Numbered from the stretch's first letter, positions 47,654 through 57,776 are shown. The stretch: DNA of 64,000 nt from Promethearchaeota archaeon (GCA_048939625.1 JBHLPH010000006.1:1-64000), one strand, 5' to 3'. Translations and numbers: made by a program. Notes: generated by a model not told the origin, from the sequence alone.

Positions 47654-48793
47654 TTACAGAGATTTTTGGAGAATCTTGAATGTTTCTGTGATGCGTGGAT
47701 GCCACTCATGATATAGTTCAAGGCGACGTTGATCAGCCTTTAAGAACTTGGCAATTGCTGGGGATTGCAGTATCTGATTGAGAATTAGGGCCTTATTGAG
47801 ATAGGGAATTGAGGCATTAATCGTTGATTCCCAGATTGCCAAAGCCTCCTCTGCTTGTTGAAAAGCTAACGGCAGAGTGTCGACAGGAAACGGATTCGGG
47901 ATTAACCCCTCGACTGTTTGTGCGGGATTAAGCCCTATCGTAACAAGAATTTGCTCAACGGGGGTGTCCTTTGGCAGAACAGCATTCCAAAGATCGGATT
48001 GTTCGTTAATCAATATGGAATAGACTTGTGAGCGGAGTTGAACGAATTGCCGAAGATGTTCTATCCCATCAATGAGTTGAGCGATGAACCGTTGATTCAT
48101 CTTAAGGACTTCTGGTGAATAGGTTGAGACACCATCGGATTCTGTGACAAACATCGGCATAACAGATACGACTTGAGCAATTGTATCCAAGTATCGAGCA
48201 AACTGTTGCAGAGTAATGGAAGGATCCCCTTGAGTGTCAATTTCTTGAAGAATCGTAGAAAGGGGCACAAAGAAGTCGCGACGGGCATTCGCTTCCCACG
48301 CACTAGCAATTTGTTCGATATTTGATAAAAATGGGCCGCCAAATCGTTCGATTAGATTGGAGAAAAAGGAGTAATCGTTAATGAGTTGATGAGCAGTAAC
48401 AATCAGTCGGTCCACTTCTTGTGCTGCATCTTCTAAAACCCAACGAAGGTAATTTTGGTCAAATTGCTTCTTTTGTAAGATTTGAGATGCGGTGATTTGG
48501 CGATTCTCGTATGCGTGGAGTTCTCGTTGATTTGCGCCTAGATTTTTTAAGAGCCCCAGGGTGTGATTCACCCATTTTTGCACATGGGTTGTATATTGTT
48601 GGACATAGAGGAGAACTTTGAGGAGAGACTGTAACCATTCGGTTTCAAGACGGACCGTTGTATCCGGCTCTTGTAGAATAGTCTTCAGCTGGTCAACATT
48701 GTATATTCCAGAATCTACTTGAAATAAAGCAACTATGTAATCACGGACCGTTTCAGTATGACGAGTGAACGCCTGAAGAACAGAAATCATCAT
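47654..48793 (-). CDS. hypothetical all-alpha protein
   Basis: Long ORF with amphipathic helical pattern; no motif recognised. Confidence 0.65.
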   Translation of the reverse strand: MMISVLQAFTRHTETVRDYIVALFQVDSGIYNVDQLKTILQEPDTTVRLETEWLQSLLKVLLYVQQYTTHVQKWVNHTLGLLKNLGANQRELHAYENRQITASQILQKKQFDQNYLRWVLEDAAQEVDRLIVTAHQLINDYSFFSNLIERFGGPFLSNIEQIASAWEANARRDFFVPLSTILQEIDTQGDPSITLQQFARYLDTIAQVVSVMPMFVTESDGVSTYSPEVLKMNQRFIAQLIDGIEHLRQFVQLRSQVYSILINEQSDLWNAVLPKDTPVEQILVTIGLNPAQTVEGLIPNPFPVDTLPLAFQQAEEALAIWESTINASIPYLNKALILNQILQSPAIAKFLKADQRRLELYHEWHPRITETFKILQKSL

Positions 48794-48925
48794 TTTTCTC
48801 TCTCAATTAGTATGTAAAGGCGTTTCGGAGGTCATGCTAGAGGTTGCATATTAGTTAAGAACAGATTATCCACTTTTTTGCTATAAGCTTAGGGGGTTTT
48901 TGTGCCTAATTGACACTCATTTAGT

Positions 48926-50263
48926 GTGAAAACCATACCCAGCCAAGCACCAAACCTACTCTCAAGAAAAGAAAAAACACCCTTCCCACGACCAAGTCCG
49001 GATGATATTTTTCACCACATCGAAACTAAACGAGCCCGTTTAATCGCAGTATTGGGAGACCTAATTCGCATACCGACGGTTGTTCCACCCGGAAGCAATT
49101 ACGAAGAAATCGTTACTTACCTTGAAACCCAACTCCAGAAACTAAAATTCCAAACCAAACGCGTTATTGTGCCAACAGAAGAAATCGCAAAAATCCCACT
49201 TCCGTTAGAAGGTCCACGAATTAATCTAGTTGCCCGACAAACCCATCAGCGCCAAGAAGTCGTAACGATTTATGCGCACATGGATGTCGTTCCAACCGAA
49301 GAGCCTTGGACAAAAGACCCATTCAATCCCGTGGTTGAAGACGGCAAGCTCTTTGGACGTGGCGCTATTGATATGAAAGGCAGCATCGCAGTCATTCTGT
49401 TAGCTATGGAAGTCATTCACGAGCTTAAGCTTCGACCCCATTTTAATTTGGTGTGCACCTTCTGTACAGACGAAGAAATTGGCATGTATCCCGGTATCTT
49501 CCATCTTGCAAAGGAGGGGTATGTTCAAGGTCATGTTATCAACACTGAACTTGGTGGTCAGGTCCCAGTTATTGTCGCTGGTGTTGCTGGAAATGTGGAT
49601 GTGACACTAACAGTAAAGGGTCGAAGCTGTCATTCGGGGATGAACTTCATGGGCATCAATGCTATTGAAGCAACGATTCCGATTCTCACCGAGCTCCTGA
49701 AACTGAAAAACGAAGTTGAAAAACGCGAATCAGCTATACCACTTATTCCGCTTTTACGATCACTCGGAGCACCTTCCGATAAGGTCACGCCCATGTTTAA
49801 TATCGACATTATCCAAGGAGGAACGAAGAGCAACATCGTTCCAGCGGAATGTCAGGTTGTCATCAATCGTCGCTACATTCCGGAAGAAACCTATGAACAA
49901 GTCGTTGAAGAAATCAAACAAGCCATTACCCGCGGAAAAACGAACAGTAAAGCCGTCAGTGTTGAGACAGCTATTATTCACACCTATCGTCCATTCAAAG
50001 CCGATACAACCAGCCAGCACGCATTGAAGATGCGAGAGGCGCTCAAAGCCGTTCACAATTATCAAGACAGCGACTTCATCTTCGGGGGTGGAGCTGCTTC
50101 AACGGATATGGGCTTCATCACCCAAGGGTGTGGCATTGACAAAATCATTGGCATCGGTGCAGCATCGCTTGATAATCTTTCAGCCCACAAGCCGGATGAA
50201 TGGGTGCGCATTGATGATCTCATCAATATGGCTAAGCAGCTAGTCCACTACCTTTGCCTTTAG
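48926..50263 (+). CDS. M20 metallopeptidase (ArgE/DapE family)
   Basis: YAHMDVVP, GRGAIDMKG, DEEIG, GGTKSNIVP, AHKPDE. Confidence 0.92.
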   Translation: MKTIPSQAPNLLSRKEKTPFPRPSPDDIFHHIETKRARLIAVLGDLIRIPTVVPPGSNYEEIVTYLETQLQKLKFQTKRVIVPTEEIAKIPLPLEGPRINLVARQTHQRQEVVTIYAHMDVVPTEEPWTKDPFNPVVEDGKLFGRGAIDMKGSIAVILLAMEVIHELKLRPHFNLVCTFCTDEEIGMYPGIFHLAKEGYVQGHVINTELGGQVPVIVAGVAGNVDVTLTVKGRSCHSGMNFMGINAIEATIPILTELLKLKNEVEKRESAIPLIPLLRSLGAPSDKVTPMFNIDIIQGGTKSNIVPAECQVVINRRYIPEETYEQVVEEIKQAITRGKTNSKAVSVETAIIHTYRPFKADTTSQHALKMREALKAVHNYQDSDFIFGGGAASTDMGFITQGCGIDKIIGIGAASLDNLSAHKPDEWVRIDDLINMAKQLVHYLCL

Positions 50264-50391
50264 TTCTGGCTTTACCGCGTGTCTATGCCACAACTATTTT
50301 AGACCTTCAAAAATGCGCAAAAAACTTAGTTCAGTGATGCCTTATCCAACAACTTAATTGATGAAATCCGTTAAGCTTGGAGCGAGATTCA

Positions 50392-51285
50392 ATGGCAAAA
50401 GAATTCTTGGAACCCATTACTGACCAGATATTCCTCGTTCAAGGCGAGAATGAAGGCCGATTTCCTCGAGCTCACTCAGTCCTTATTTTAGCAGAAGAAA
50501 CAGTATTAATCGATACTGGCTGTGGGATTGCCCGGTTAGAAGCACTCAACCGTGAATTTGAGATTGATTGCGTTATCAATTCACATACACATGTCGATCA
50601 CTCCGCAGGAAACTGGGTATTCCAAGATCTTCGTATTTTTGTCCCCCAAGAAGCCTTTAGCACAAGTGGTGATCTCATCGGACTTTCCAAACGATTTGTC
50701 GGTGATGTCCTTGCACCAATTTGGCGACGATTTGCCCAAACCCAGATGGGATTCCAAAACTGTCGGCCCACGCATAGCTATAATGAAAATACACCCTTCC
50801 AATTTGGGCAGATAGTTCTCACACCGCTATATACACCAGGACATACGATTGACCATTACTGCCTTTACTATGAACCGAAGCGCATTCTGTTTTCCTTTGA
50901 TTATGACCTCACCTCGTTTCCTTGGTATGGCCACGAAGAATCTAGCTTGAAAAAGTTTCGCCAATCGATCGCTCGTCTGAAGCAGATACCCACCAAAATG
51001 GTGGTCTCCTCTCACCGAGGAATCATAACTTCAAAAATTTCTTCCGAATGGAAGACATATTCCGGTCGACTCGATGAGCGGAATGTTAGAATCCTCGATT
51101 TACTCGATTCGCCTAAAACATTAGACCAGCTAGTTGAATCTAAACCAATCTATGGACGATTTCCATATCAAGAACCCCTTTTGCGATACTGGGAGCGAAT
51201 TATGATTCGGCTTCACCTAGAAGAACTCCAAGAAGTTGGTAAAATTCAACTCCAAAATGATAGATTCAGTCTTCAAAAAAAGTGA
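50392..51285 (+). CDS. metallo-beta-lactamase fold hydrolase
   Basis: LIDTG, SHTHVDHSAGN, TPGHT, SSH. Confidence 0.9.
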   Translation: MAKEFLEPITDQIFLVQGENEGRFPRAHSVLILAEETVLIDTGCGIARLEALNREFEIDCVINSHTHVDHSAGNWVFQDLRIFVPQEAFSTSGDLIGLSKRFVGDVLAPIWRRFAQTQMGFQNCRPTHSYNENTPFQFGQIVLTPLYTPGHTIDHYCLYYEPKRILFSFDYDLTSFPWYGHEESSLKKFRQSIARLKQIPTKMVVSSHRGIITSKISSEWKTYSGRLDERNVRILDLLDSPKTLDQLVESKPIYGRFPYQEPLLRYWERIMIRLHLEELQEVGKIQLQNDRFSLQKK

Positions 51286-51600
51286 GCGAGGGGAGATGAG
51301 CTCTCCCCTCCAATTGTGTCGGATAGGCGGAACATTCCCTTTGCCATTCTAACGATGTCACTTTGGTAATATTGTATACTCAGCATTGCTTGCATAAGTG
51401 CCATCCCAACCAAGGAAGCCCCAGTCAAATCCGTTAAAAGGTTCACTTTCAACAATTCCAGGGATTCCCGGTCCTGGCCCAATGCGGGGTAGAAGCGTTG
51501 GTCGAATTGCGATCGCTACACCCATAGGAACGATAACCATGGCAAAAAGGAAGATAAACCCGATTCCGAGCAAGAGGATTTTCTTTGTTTTCAGTTTCAT
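51273..51600 (-). pseudogene. truncated/frameshifted N-terminal part of a secreted protein
   Basis: Clear signal peptide and SD; stops after 80 aa, while another frame continues SDIVRMAKGMFRLSDTI. Confidence 0.5.
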
Positions 51601-51793
51601 TTACAAATCCCTCCTGAGGATTGCCACCTTAATGAGGAAGCAACCCAGTTGGTTGGTGACTAATCTTACCTCAGAATCGCATATCAATCGACGGGAGCTA
51701 ATTTGTGCAAAAAAACGCAGAAATCAGTTTCAGAGAGACGATTTTTGCACCGGTCGGTATAAATCCTGGTTTTTGACCAAAAAGGAGCAGGAG

Positions 51794-52735
51794 CTAAGTC
51801 TCAAGTAGAGAGTTAAGCTGATTTTGACCCAGTCCCGGAAATTTTCGATGAGGGAACATAACCATGGTGTGAACTACGGTACTATATGGAGACTCCTTGA
51901 GTTCCAGATCAATTGCTTCCACATGATGTAAGGTATCGACGGCAAAATCAAGGAGCAGAGTGGGTTCATCACTTAGAAGATATGAGGTCCAATATTCTAG
52001 CGGGTATCGCTGCTCAAGCCAAGCAACCAACTTTCTGGGACTAGTATTCTCTGCATTATAACGGATACGACTTCGAAACTCGATTTGATTACCAGCGCTG
52101 CGAAGCCATTCAAGTGTAAAACGTAAAGTGCCCGAATTTTGTAATTGGCGAAGCACCATGCGAACACGCTTGGCGCTCATCTCTGTTCTTCGAGCCATAT
52201 CTACGACTGGCATCCGTGGATTTTCTCGCAGACACCTTAATACATTCAATTTAATTTTCGTGAAATCAAAGTTTAAGGCCTGAGGTTTTGAATGCACTTC
52301 TTTTGTGATATGGGGATGCATTTCGATGACATCATGAATTTCGACATCAGACACACGATCAAGACCACGGAGAAATTGTCCAAAGTTCACGGTTCCCATG
52401 TTACCTCGAACTTCCGCTTCCACATCATAGGTGCCATCCGCCAAACGTGAGACTAACCGAACGACCGGACTTTGCCCAATTTGGTGAATGAATTCATGTG
52501 CATCTTCGGATCCGAGGGTTGATACCTCAGCTATGACCAAGTGGGCCCCAAGAGCCTCTGAGTTGAGTTCAACGAGAAACCGCTGAATTACTCCTAACTC
52601 AATCAGCTTTTCAATGCGGCTTCGAATCGTTTTACTCGACACTTCTAATTTTCGTGCTAGTGCTCGAAAGGACTGCCGACAATTGCCTTCTAATTCGGCT
52701 ATAATACCTTTATCAACCAGGTCCACGGGGGTCAC
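51794..52735 (-). CDS. Lrp/AsnC regulator with tandem HTH-RAM duplication
   Basis: VDLVDKGII.EL..NCRQSFR.LA and a second LRENPRMP..MARR..S.KRVR HTH. Confidence 0.88.
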   Translation of the reverse strand: MTPVDLVDKGIIAELEGNCRQSFRALARKLEVSSKTIRSRIEKLIELGVIQRFLVELNSEALGAHLVIAEVSTLGSEDAHEFIHQIGQSPVVRLVSRLADGTYDVEAEVRGNMGTVNFGQFLRGLDRVSDVEIHDVIEMHPHITKEVHSKPQALNFDFTKIKLNVLRCLRENPRMPVVDMARRTEMSAKRVRMVLRQLQNSGTLRFTLEWLRSAGNQIEFRSRIRYNAENTSPRKLVAWLEQRYPLEYWTSYLLSDEPTLLLDFAVDTLHHVEAIDLELKESPYSTVVHTMVMFPHRKFPGLGQNQLNSLLET

Positions 52736-52970
52736 CGAACCCTCCAACTAACTGTACATTCAGGTTAAAGAGGTATATATCCATTCATGTTCACGGTTTC
52801 TAGCCATGTAAGCCCCGAAAACAGGATTTTACACCGGATTGTTCAAAAATGGGTAAAAAATTGGTTAGCAAAGTTCATTCTTGAACCTCTAAGCTCCCCT
52901 TGATTGATATGTGATGCCGCCTTTGGGTTACATGTTCTCAAGAACCTCATAATTGGATGGTGATGGAAAA

Positions 52971-53234
52971 ATGGCAACCAAAGATTTGGGACATGAACCG
53001 CAGCAACTTACTCAAATTCCTCAGGACGAGAAAGAGCAAATCGTTTACAATTGGGTGTACGTAACAGAGAAAGGCTATGATATTGATGTGCAAGTGACTG
53101 TAGTAGGTCAAGAATTGTTCACGATTGATACGCCCTGGTATCGCGCACAAGTAAGAACCTACGATTTAGTTGACACTGTTGTTCGCTTCTGTCAATCCAT
53201 GTATGGATTAGGTGTTCTGACTGTAATTATCTAA
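52971..53234 (+). CDS. hypothetical small protein
   Basis: ATG preceded by GGTGA; plausible beta-rich sequence. Confidence 0.55.
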   Translation: MATKDLGHEPQQLTQIPQDEKEQIVYNWVYVTEKGYDIDVQVTVVGQELFTIDTPWYRAQVRTYDLVDTVVRFCQSMYGLGVLTVII

Positions 53235-53267
53235 TAACGGCAACAGACATAAGTTTCTGAGAACTCT

Positions 53268-53298
53268 AAAAAAAGAAACAGGAGGAGGCAAGGCCTCC
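53268..53298 (-). terminator. hairpin plus U-tract
   Basis: GGAGGC-CTT-GCCTCC then TCCTGTTTCTTTTTTT on the minus strand. Confidence 0.55.
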
Positions 53299-53327
53299 CA
53301 TGAATTGTTAGTTTGTTTTAATTAGCT

Positions 53328-53776
53328 CTAAAGAATGATGATTTTGTTCGCATCGGGTGGTGCAAAGTCCCAGACATCATTTGTATTTCCGCAGTGAACA
53401 ACAAAATTATCACTGGAGTATGGACCAAGTCAGATTCCTGCAACTGTTTCAGGATCAATGAAGAAAGGCCAATCATAATAGTAAGGCACCACTTCAAGAG
53501 TTTGTTCATTGACATCGTTGAAGAAGATCTTATTGCCACTGCCACCATCAGTAAGTGTTCCCCAAAATGGAGTCCAAGCTTCACCCCAGAGTCCGAAATA
53601 AATGCCCATAAAGCCATGACCAGAAATTGTATTACCAGCTATCCGGAATCATAGAGCCAGGCATCAAAGATCCCGCCACCTGTTGCGTCATCCAGATAAA
53701 TATCGTTGCAGAGAATGTAGGACCTAAGGGAATGGATTCCTGTAAAACCATAAGTCCAATCGACTAATACAAACAT
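53328..53776 (-). pseudogene. degenerate C-terminal fragment of a parallel beta-helix protein
   Basis: My translation gives ..ILCNDIYLDD..GIF.. then a frameshift near 53640 to IAGNTISGHGFMGIYFG..GNKIFFND..AGI*LGPYSSDNFVV, with an internal TGA at 53430-53432. Confidence 0.6.
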
Positions 53777-53790
53777 GTCAGATTCGAAAG

Positions 53791-54225
53791 CTAATTCGCC
53801 TTCAATTTTGGTGGTTTACATTGAGTGAATAAGGTCTTGCTAGGTTCTTTGTCAAAATAATATGAAGCAACCCAGACACCCTCATCGCTAAAGAGATCTA
53901 GATTAAACCCGATTGTTTGGAGATTTAGAAGATATTGAAACAGCAGAATTGTTTCTTCAAGGGTTAGACGAAGTTCAGGTTGATTGAGTGTGGTCATCTC
54001 ATTGGATGATAAGTTGGCATCTAGCCCCCACATCTTTTCAGGAAGAATCACCTCGATATCCATCCGGATTCGCTCTGGTTCATCTGATTGTCGGACGAGG
54101 AGGATTCGGATTCGATTGGTTTCTTGTACAGTGACAGCCATTTCAGAGATTTGATTAAACACGAGTTCATCTTCATGAATGGAACGCAGTCGCCTGTATT
54201 CTTTAATCAAATCCGAAAACCTCAT
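53791..54225 (-). CDS. hypothetical protein
   Basis: 144-aa ORF with upstream AGGAG/GGATG; no motif recognised. Confidence 0.65.
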   Translation of the reverse strand: MRFSDLIKEYRRLRSIHEDELVFNQISEMAVTVQETNRIRILLVRQSDEPERIRMDIEVILPEKMWGLDANLSSNEMTTLNQPELRLTLEETILLFQYLLNLQTIGFNLDLFSDEGVWVASYYFDKEPSKTLFTQCKPPKLKAN

Positions 54226-54571
54226 GTCATCCTAGCTCCTTGTGGGGTCGCCCCTCCAATTGCGTGGATAATAAGCGTAAAGAATGACTGGTGAGGGTGG
54301 GTTTTCTATTGACCGGTACTAGGGAGGGTCAAAAAAGTCTGCAAACAGAAGAAACATGGCTGTTCTGGAACGTGAACCCGTGCTAAATGGAACCCCACTG
54401 ATTCTGGTAAAGAAATCGCTCAGAGGCAAGGCTTTTTATAGGGGTGAACGTTTGGCAGGTGTATCAGCACCCAATGGCGAATTGTGTTTGGGAAAAAATC
54501 CAGGTATGGTAGAGTCCCGAGTTACGTTCTCTTTTTGGATCCTGATTTGATATAGACACGTGGTACCGAAA

Positions 54572-55069
54572 ATGAGCTACGATAGAGAGCCTGTTGAGGC
54601 AACAGTCGCAGACCTGCGACCCAGTATGAAAAGTTTGAACATCACCTTCAAAGTCGTCGAAAAAGGCGAAGAACGCGAAGTCACCTCCCGCAAAGACGGG
54701 GAAACCCATCGTGTTCTTGATGCTGTCGCCGGTGACTCCACTGGCACCGTTATTCTTAGTTTGTGGGACGATATGATCGACACCGTCGAACAAGACAAAA
54801 GTTACCGCTTAGAAAACGGTTACACCAGCTTGTTCCAAGGCCACCTCCGATTGAACATCGGACGCTATGGTGAACTAAAAGACACAGACAGTGAAATCGA
54901 AGAAATCGACATGGACAACGATCTCTCCGCTGCCGAACACGAACGCCCCCCACGCCGCTATGGCGGCTATAGTCGGGGTTATAGTGGCGGTGGTGGTGGT
55001 TATCGTCGTGGTGGCGGCGGTTCACGCCGTGGCGGACGAGACCGAGATCGCGGTCGTGGTCGATACTAA
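54572..55069 (+). CDS. ssb: single-OB-fold SSB/RPA-like protein with RGG/YGG tail (paralogue 2)
   Basis: OB domain nearly identical to that of 37186-37686; Gly/Arg/Tyr tail. Confidence 0.9.
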   Translation: MSYDREPVEATVADLRPSMKSLNITFKVVEKGEEREVTSRKDGETHRVLDAVAGDSTGTVILSLWDDMIDTVEQDKSYRLENGYTSLFQGHLRLNIGRYGELKDTDSEIEEIDMDNDLSAAEHERPPRRYGGYSRGYSGGGGGYRRGGGGSRRGGRDRDRGRGRY

Positions 55070-55083
55070 TCTACGAACACACA

Positions 55084-55134
55084 CGGAGGCACAGCCACAA
55101 AATATTCTGGCATGACCTCCCGTTTTCTTTTTTT
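55084..55134 (+). terminator. hairpin plus U-tract downstream of ssb paralogue 2
   Basis: GGAGG..GCCA/TGGC..CCTCC followed by TTTTCTTTTTTT. Confidence 0.55.
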
Positions 55135-55167
55135 AAAAAAGCCTGCAAAAATCCTAGGAAAAAGGTG

Positions 55168-55707
55168 TTAGTTCGATTCACGATCAATTCGTGACCATTT
55201 GAAGCCACGAGACCGGCGAACAGGTGGATTGCGACGGTTTGGGATTCGTTTGTTTCCCTTTGAATCTTGTGATGATGAGCGAGACTTTGAGGATAAATTC
55301 CGTTCGGTATTTACTTCAGAGATTGGGTTGACTGCTGGTTCGAGTTTTCCGTTTCGTCCCAGACTGACTTGTAATCGTCCTTGAAATAGACCTGATTGCC
55401 CCCCAATGATCCGAAACGCCTTCCCATCTTCAATTTGGGTAATCTCTTCATCCCATAATGTTAAGAGCATAACACCGGTTTCATCGCCGATAAGCACATC
55501 GGCAACTTGATGGTTGGAGCCATCACTGCGGCTTTTGACCTTCCGGATGGCTTGGGTTTTTAGAACTTGAAATTTAATCGTGATTCCTCGTTGATAGGGC
55601 TGGAGATGGACGAGTTTCTGTGCTTGCTTACTTGACACAACAATGACCTTTCGTGAGGTTGCTGATCTGCGAGTCCAAAAAGCCGCCGTGACCCACAGAT
55701 ACACCAC
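55168..55707 (-). CDS. third, divergent single-OB SSB-like protein with basic Ser/Arg tail
   Basis: VADVLIGDETG.MLLTLWD, LFQGRLQVSLGRNG; true start is probably the GTG at 55638. Confidence 0.82.
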   Translation of the reverse strand: MVYLWVTAAFWTRRSATSRKVIVVSSKQAQKLVHLQPYQRGITIKFQVLKTQAIRKVKSRSDGSNHQVADVLIGDETGVMLLTLWDEEITQIEDGKAFRIIGGQSGLFQGRLQVSLGRNGKLEPAVNPISEVNTERNLSSKSRSSSQDSKGNKRIPNRRNPPVRRSRGFKWSRIDRESN

Positions 55708-55818
55708 ACGCGAGTAAGTAGCTAAGAGCCGCGAAACTTTCGAATAACAGACCGAAAGACTGATTCTCGAAGCCCCTTAAATATCTACCCCGTTATTCAG
55801 ATGCTGAATCCTTGCTGT

Positions 55819-56655
55819 TCATTCTGAGTCCTTTATTTCCTCACCCGGTGTGATGATCACCTTTTTCTGACGCCGTCGCCAGACAAGGAAACCGCCAACC
55901 ACCAAACATAACCCGATAGCCCACGGGGTGACTAACAAGACCATCGGCAGCTCATCATCATATGGTGGTGGGGGTGGTCCATTATCGGGATTATTGTCAA
56001 CGCGAATGTTGTCAATCCATTGGTGAGAGGTCGTGTAATTGTGCCAGAATGAGATAAAGAAAAATGCGGAGGCACTGAAAGTGTTTTCGTGAACGGGCCA
56101 ATTATCGATAAAGATCTCGTTGGTCGTCCGATTCAGCCAGACATAGAGGTACCCGTCGTAGCGGCGGACGATTTCAACGTGCATCATCTCATAAATCGAT
56201 CGTGAATCATCTCCCAGTGTTGTGTTTTTGTAGCCATCCATGATTCGACGAACATTGTTCTCCATGAGCACGAGTTGATATTCACCCCTTTCTGTTCGCA
56301 AGTAATATCCATTGCTGGGATAATCGAGATTGGCCACATCGAGTGCGATGAAGAAGACCTCCCAACCACCGTGCAAGTACGTGTCCCACGAATAGATGTC
56401 AAAACTCCAGAAACCATAGGCATTGGTACTGGCACGAGATGCGTAATTTTGATAATCACCTGTGGCGTAGAGCCGATCTTGTGGATACCCCTCCGGCACC
56501 ATTGTGAACCCTCCAATGTATACAGTCCAGTCCTCGAGAGTTCCATCGAACTCCTCAATCCATTGGAGAATCGCGATGCGGGAATCAGGGATTGTAAATC
56601 TCACAAAAAGCAATGTAGCTAGAAACAAAACCGGGAAAAGCAGCCTTTTCTTCAC
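55819..56655 (-). CDS. single-pass surface protein, lectin/LamG-like ectodomain (paralogue A)
   Basis: Signal peptide; W.EEFD..L.DW, AYG.WSFD, WIDNI.VDNNP, poly-Pro, TM, WRRRQKK tail; GTG start after GGAGG. Confidence 0.8.
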   Translation of the reverse strand: MKKRLLFPVLFLATLLFVRFTIPDSRIAILQWIEEFDGTLEDWTVYIGGFTMVPEGYPQDRLYATGDYQNYASRASTNAYGFWSFDIYSWDTYLHGGWEVFFIALDVANLDYPSNGYYLRTERGEYQLVLMENNVRRIMDGYKNTTLGDDSRSIYEMMHVEIVRRYDGYLYVWLNRTTNEIFIDNWPVHENTFSASAFFFISFWHNYTTSHQWIDNIRVDNNPDNGPPPPPYDDELPMVLLVTPWAIGLCLVVGGFLVWRRRQKKVIITPGEEIKDSE

Positions 56656-56792
56656 GTACAAGCCCTCCAACCTGACAGGAAATATGTTATCGTCTCTTTT
56701 GTGTTGGTTTGATTTAAGTGGCTGTGAGTTATTGGGGTCATAAAAGTGCCGAAAAAAAGTAAAAATCGTCTTATTTGTAACCCTGCCCCGTA

Positions 56793-57776
56793 TTATTCAG
56801 GTAGTTGGAGGGTGTCCCAGAACGCTTCGTTAAGTCCGGGATAGAATCGATGCTGATAATGGATGATTTGTTTGACGGAAACAACCCCGGGAGCCGCTCT
56901 GACGGCTCTGATGAGTTCAGGGGTCTGGCTCATGTATTCAAGCAGAAACAAGGTAAAAATCACCGGCTCTGAGGCACTAGCAAAAGTGTACCAGATTTCC
57001 AAGGGATATCGCTGTTGCAACCACTCCACAAGCGCCCATCTCGCATCCGAGCCCCCCTGATACCCTATACGGACTAAAAACCGAGTATACCCCGTTGCCG
57101 CCACATCTGAATCAATGCGCGCATGAAAACACGCCAGGTTGGACAGCCGATCGCCTACGCCTTTGGCTTTCACCCAAAACTCAGAAGTGGATCCCTCACG
57201 AAGAAGTAACTTATCGAGAATCCGCCGTACCCGTCGAGGGCTAAATCCCGAACGTTGACTGATTTCCTTGATTTGCATCCGCAAATCATGCCTGAGGCAC
57301 GCCAAGACATGCACATCTTCAGGTTTGAGTTCGCATTTTTGGCCCCGTTGAACGACGAGCGTATGAAACTCAACTTCCGATATTTCTGGTTGTTCATGAA
57401 GAAAGTTGGTGAGTTCATCCAAGCCCTTAGACCCCTTATACATTCCCCAACAGAGAAGATCCCCATCAGCAAGAATGGTTATTATGTCAATCATAGGACA
57501 CGCGCCAAGCCGGTTCAGAAGGGCTTCGTTAGTCGTTGAGTCTGTGGTGGTGAGAAACGCCCAGAAGTATTCAGCATCCAGCATGGCCAGCGACGGATAA
57601 ATCGTGAACCGAAGAATCACCTTGTTTTCAAGGAGGCGATCATAGCGTTTTTTCACCGAGGTAACCGACAGATTCAGCCTCCGAGCCAAAGCATGGAACG
57701 AAATCCGACCGTTTTCTATCAATGCCATGACAATATCCTTATCGATTTGGTCCACACATACCACCAAGAAACCCAA
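56793..57776 (-). CDS. Lrp/AsnC regulator with tandem HTH-RAM duplication
   Basis: VDQIDKDIV..L.ENGRISF..LA and a second CLRHDLRM.IKEIS HTH. Confidence 0.88.
   Translation of the reverse strand: MGFLVVCVDQIDKDIVMALIENGRISFHALARRLNLSVTSVKKRYDRLLENKVILRFTIYPSLAMLDAEYFWAFLTTTDSTTNEALLNRLGACPMIDIITILADGDLLCWGMYKGSKGLDELTNFLHEQPEISEVEFHTLVVQRGQKCELKPEDVHVLACLRHDLRMQIKEISQRSGFSPRRVRRILDKLLLREGSTSEFWVKAKGVGDRLSNLACFHARIDSDVAATGYTRFLVRIGYQGGSDARWALVEWLQQRYPLEIWYTFASASEPVIFTLFLLEYMSQTPELIRAVRAAPGVVSVKQIIHYQHRFYPGLNEAFWDTLQLPE

Noticed and set aside
53430-53432. In-frame TGA as selenocysteine (and TAGs near 29.7-29.8 kb and 53640 as pyrrolysine)
   Set aside because: The context GI*LG fits a mutated Trp codon, there is no redox motif, and accompanying frameshifts indicate pseudogenisation
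53318-53617. 99-aa ORF MALWAFISD from the ORF track
   Set aside because: An overlapping frame carries clear beta-helix repeats, so this ORF is probably a shadow of the pseudogene
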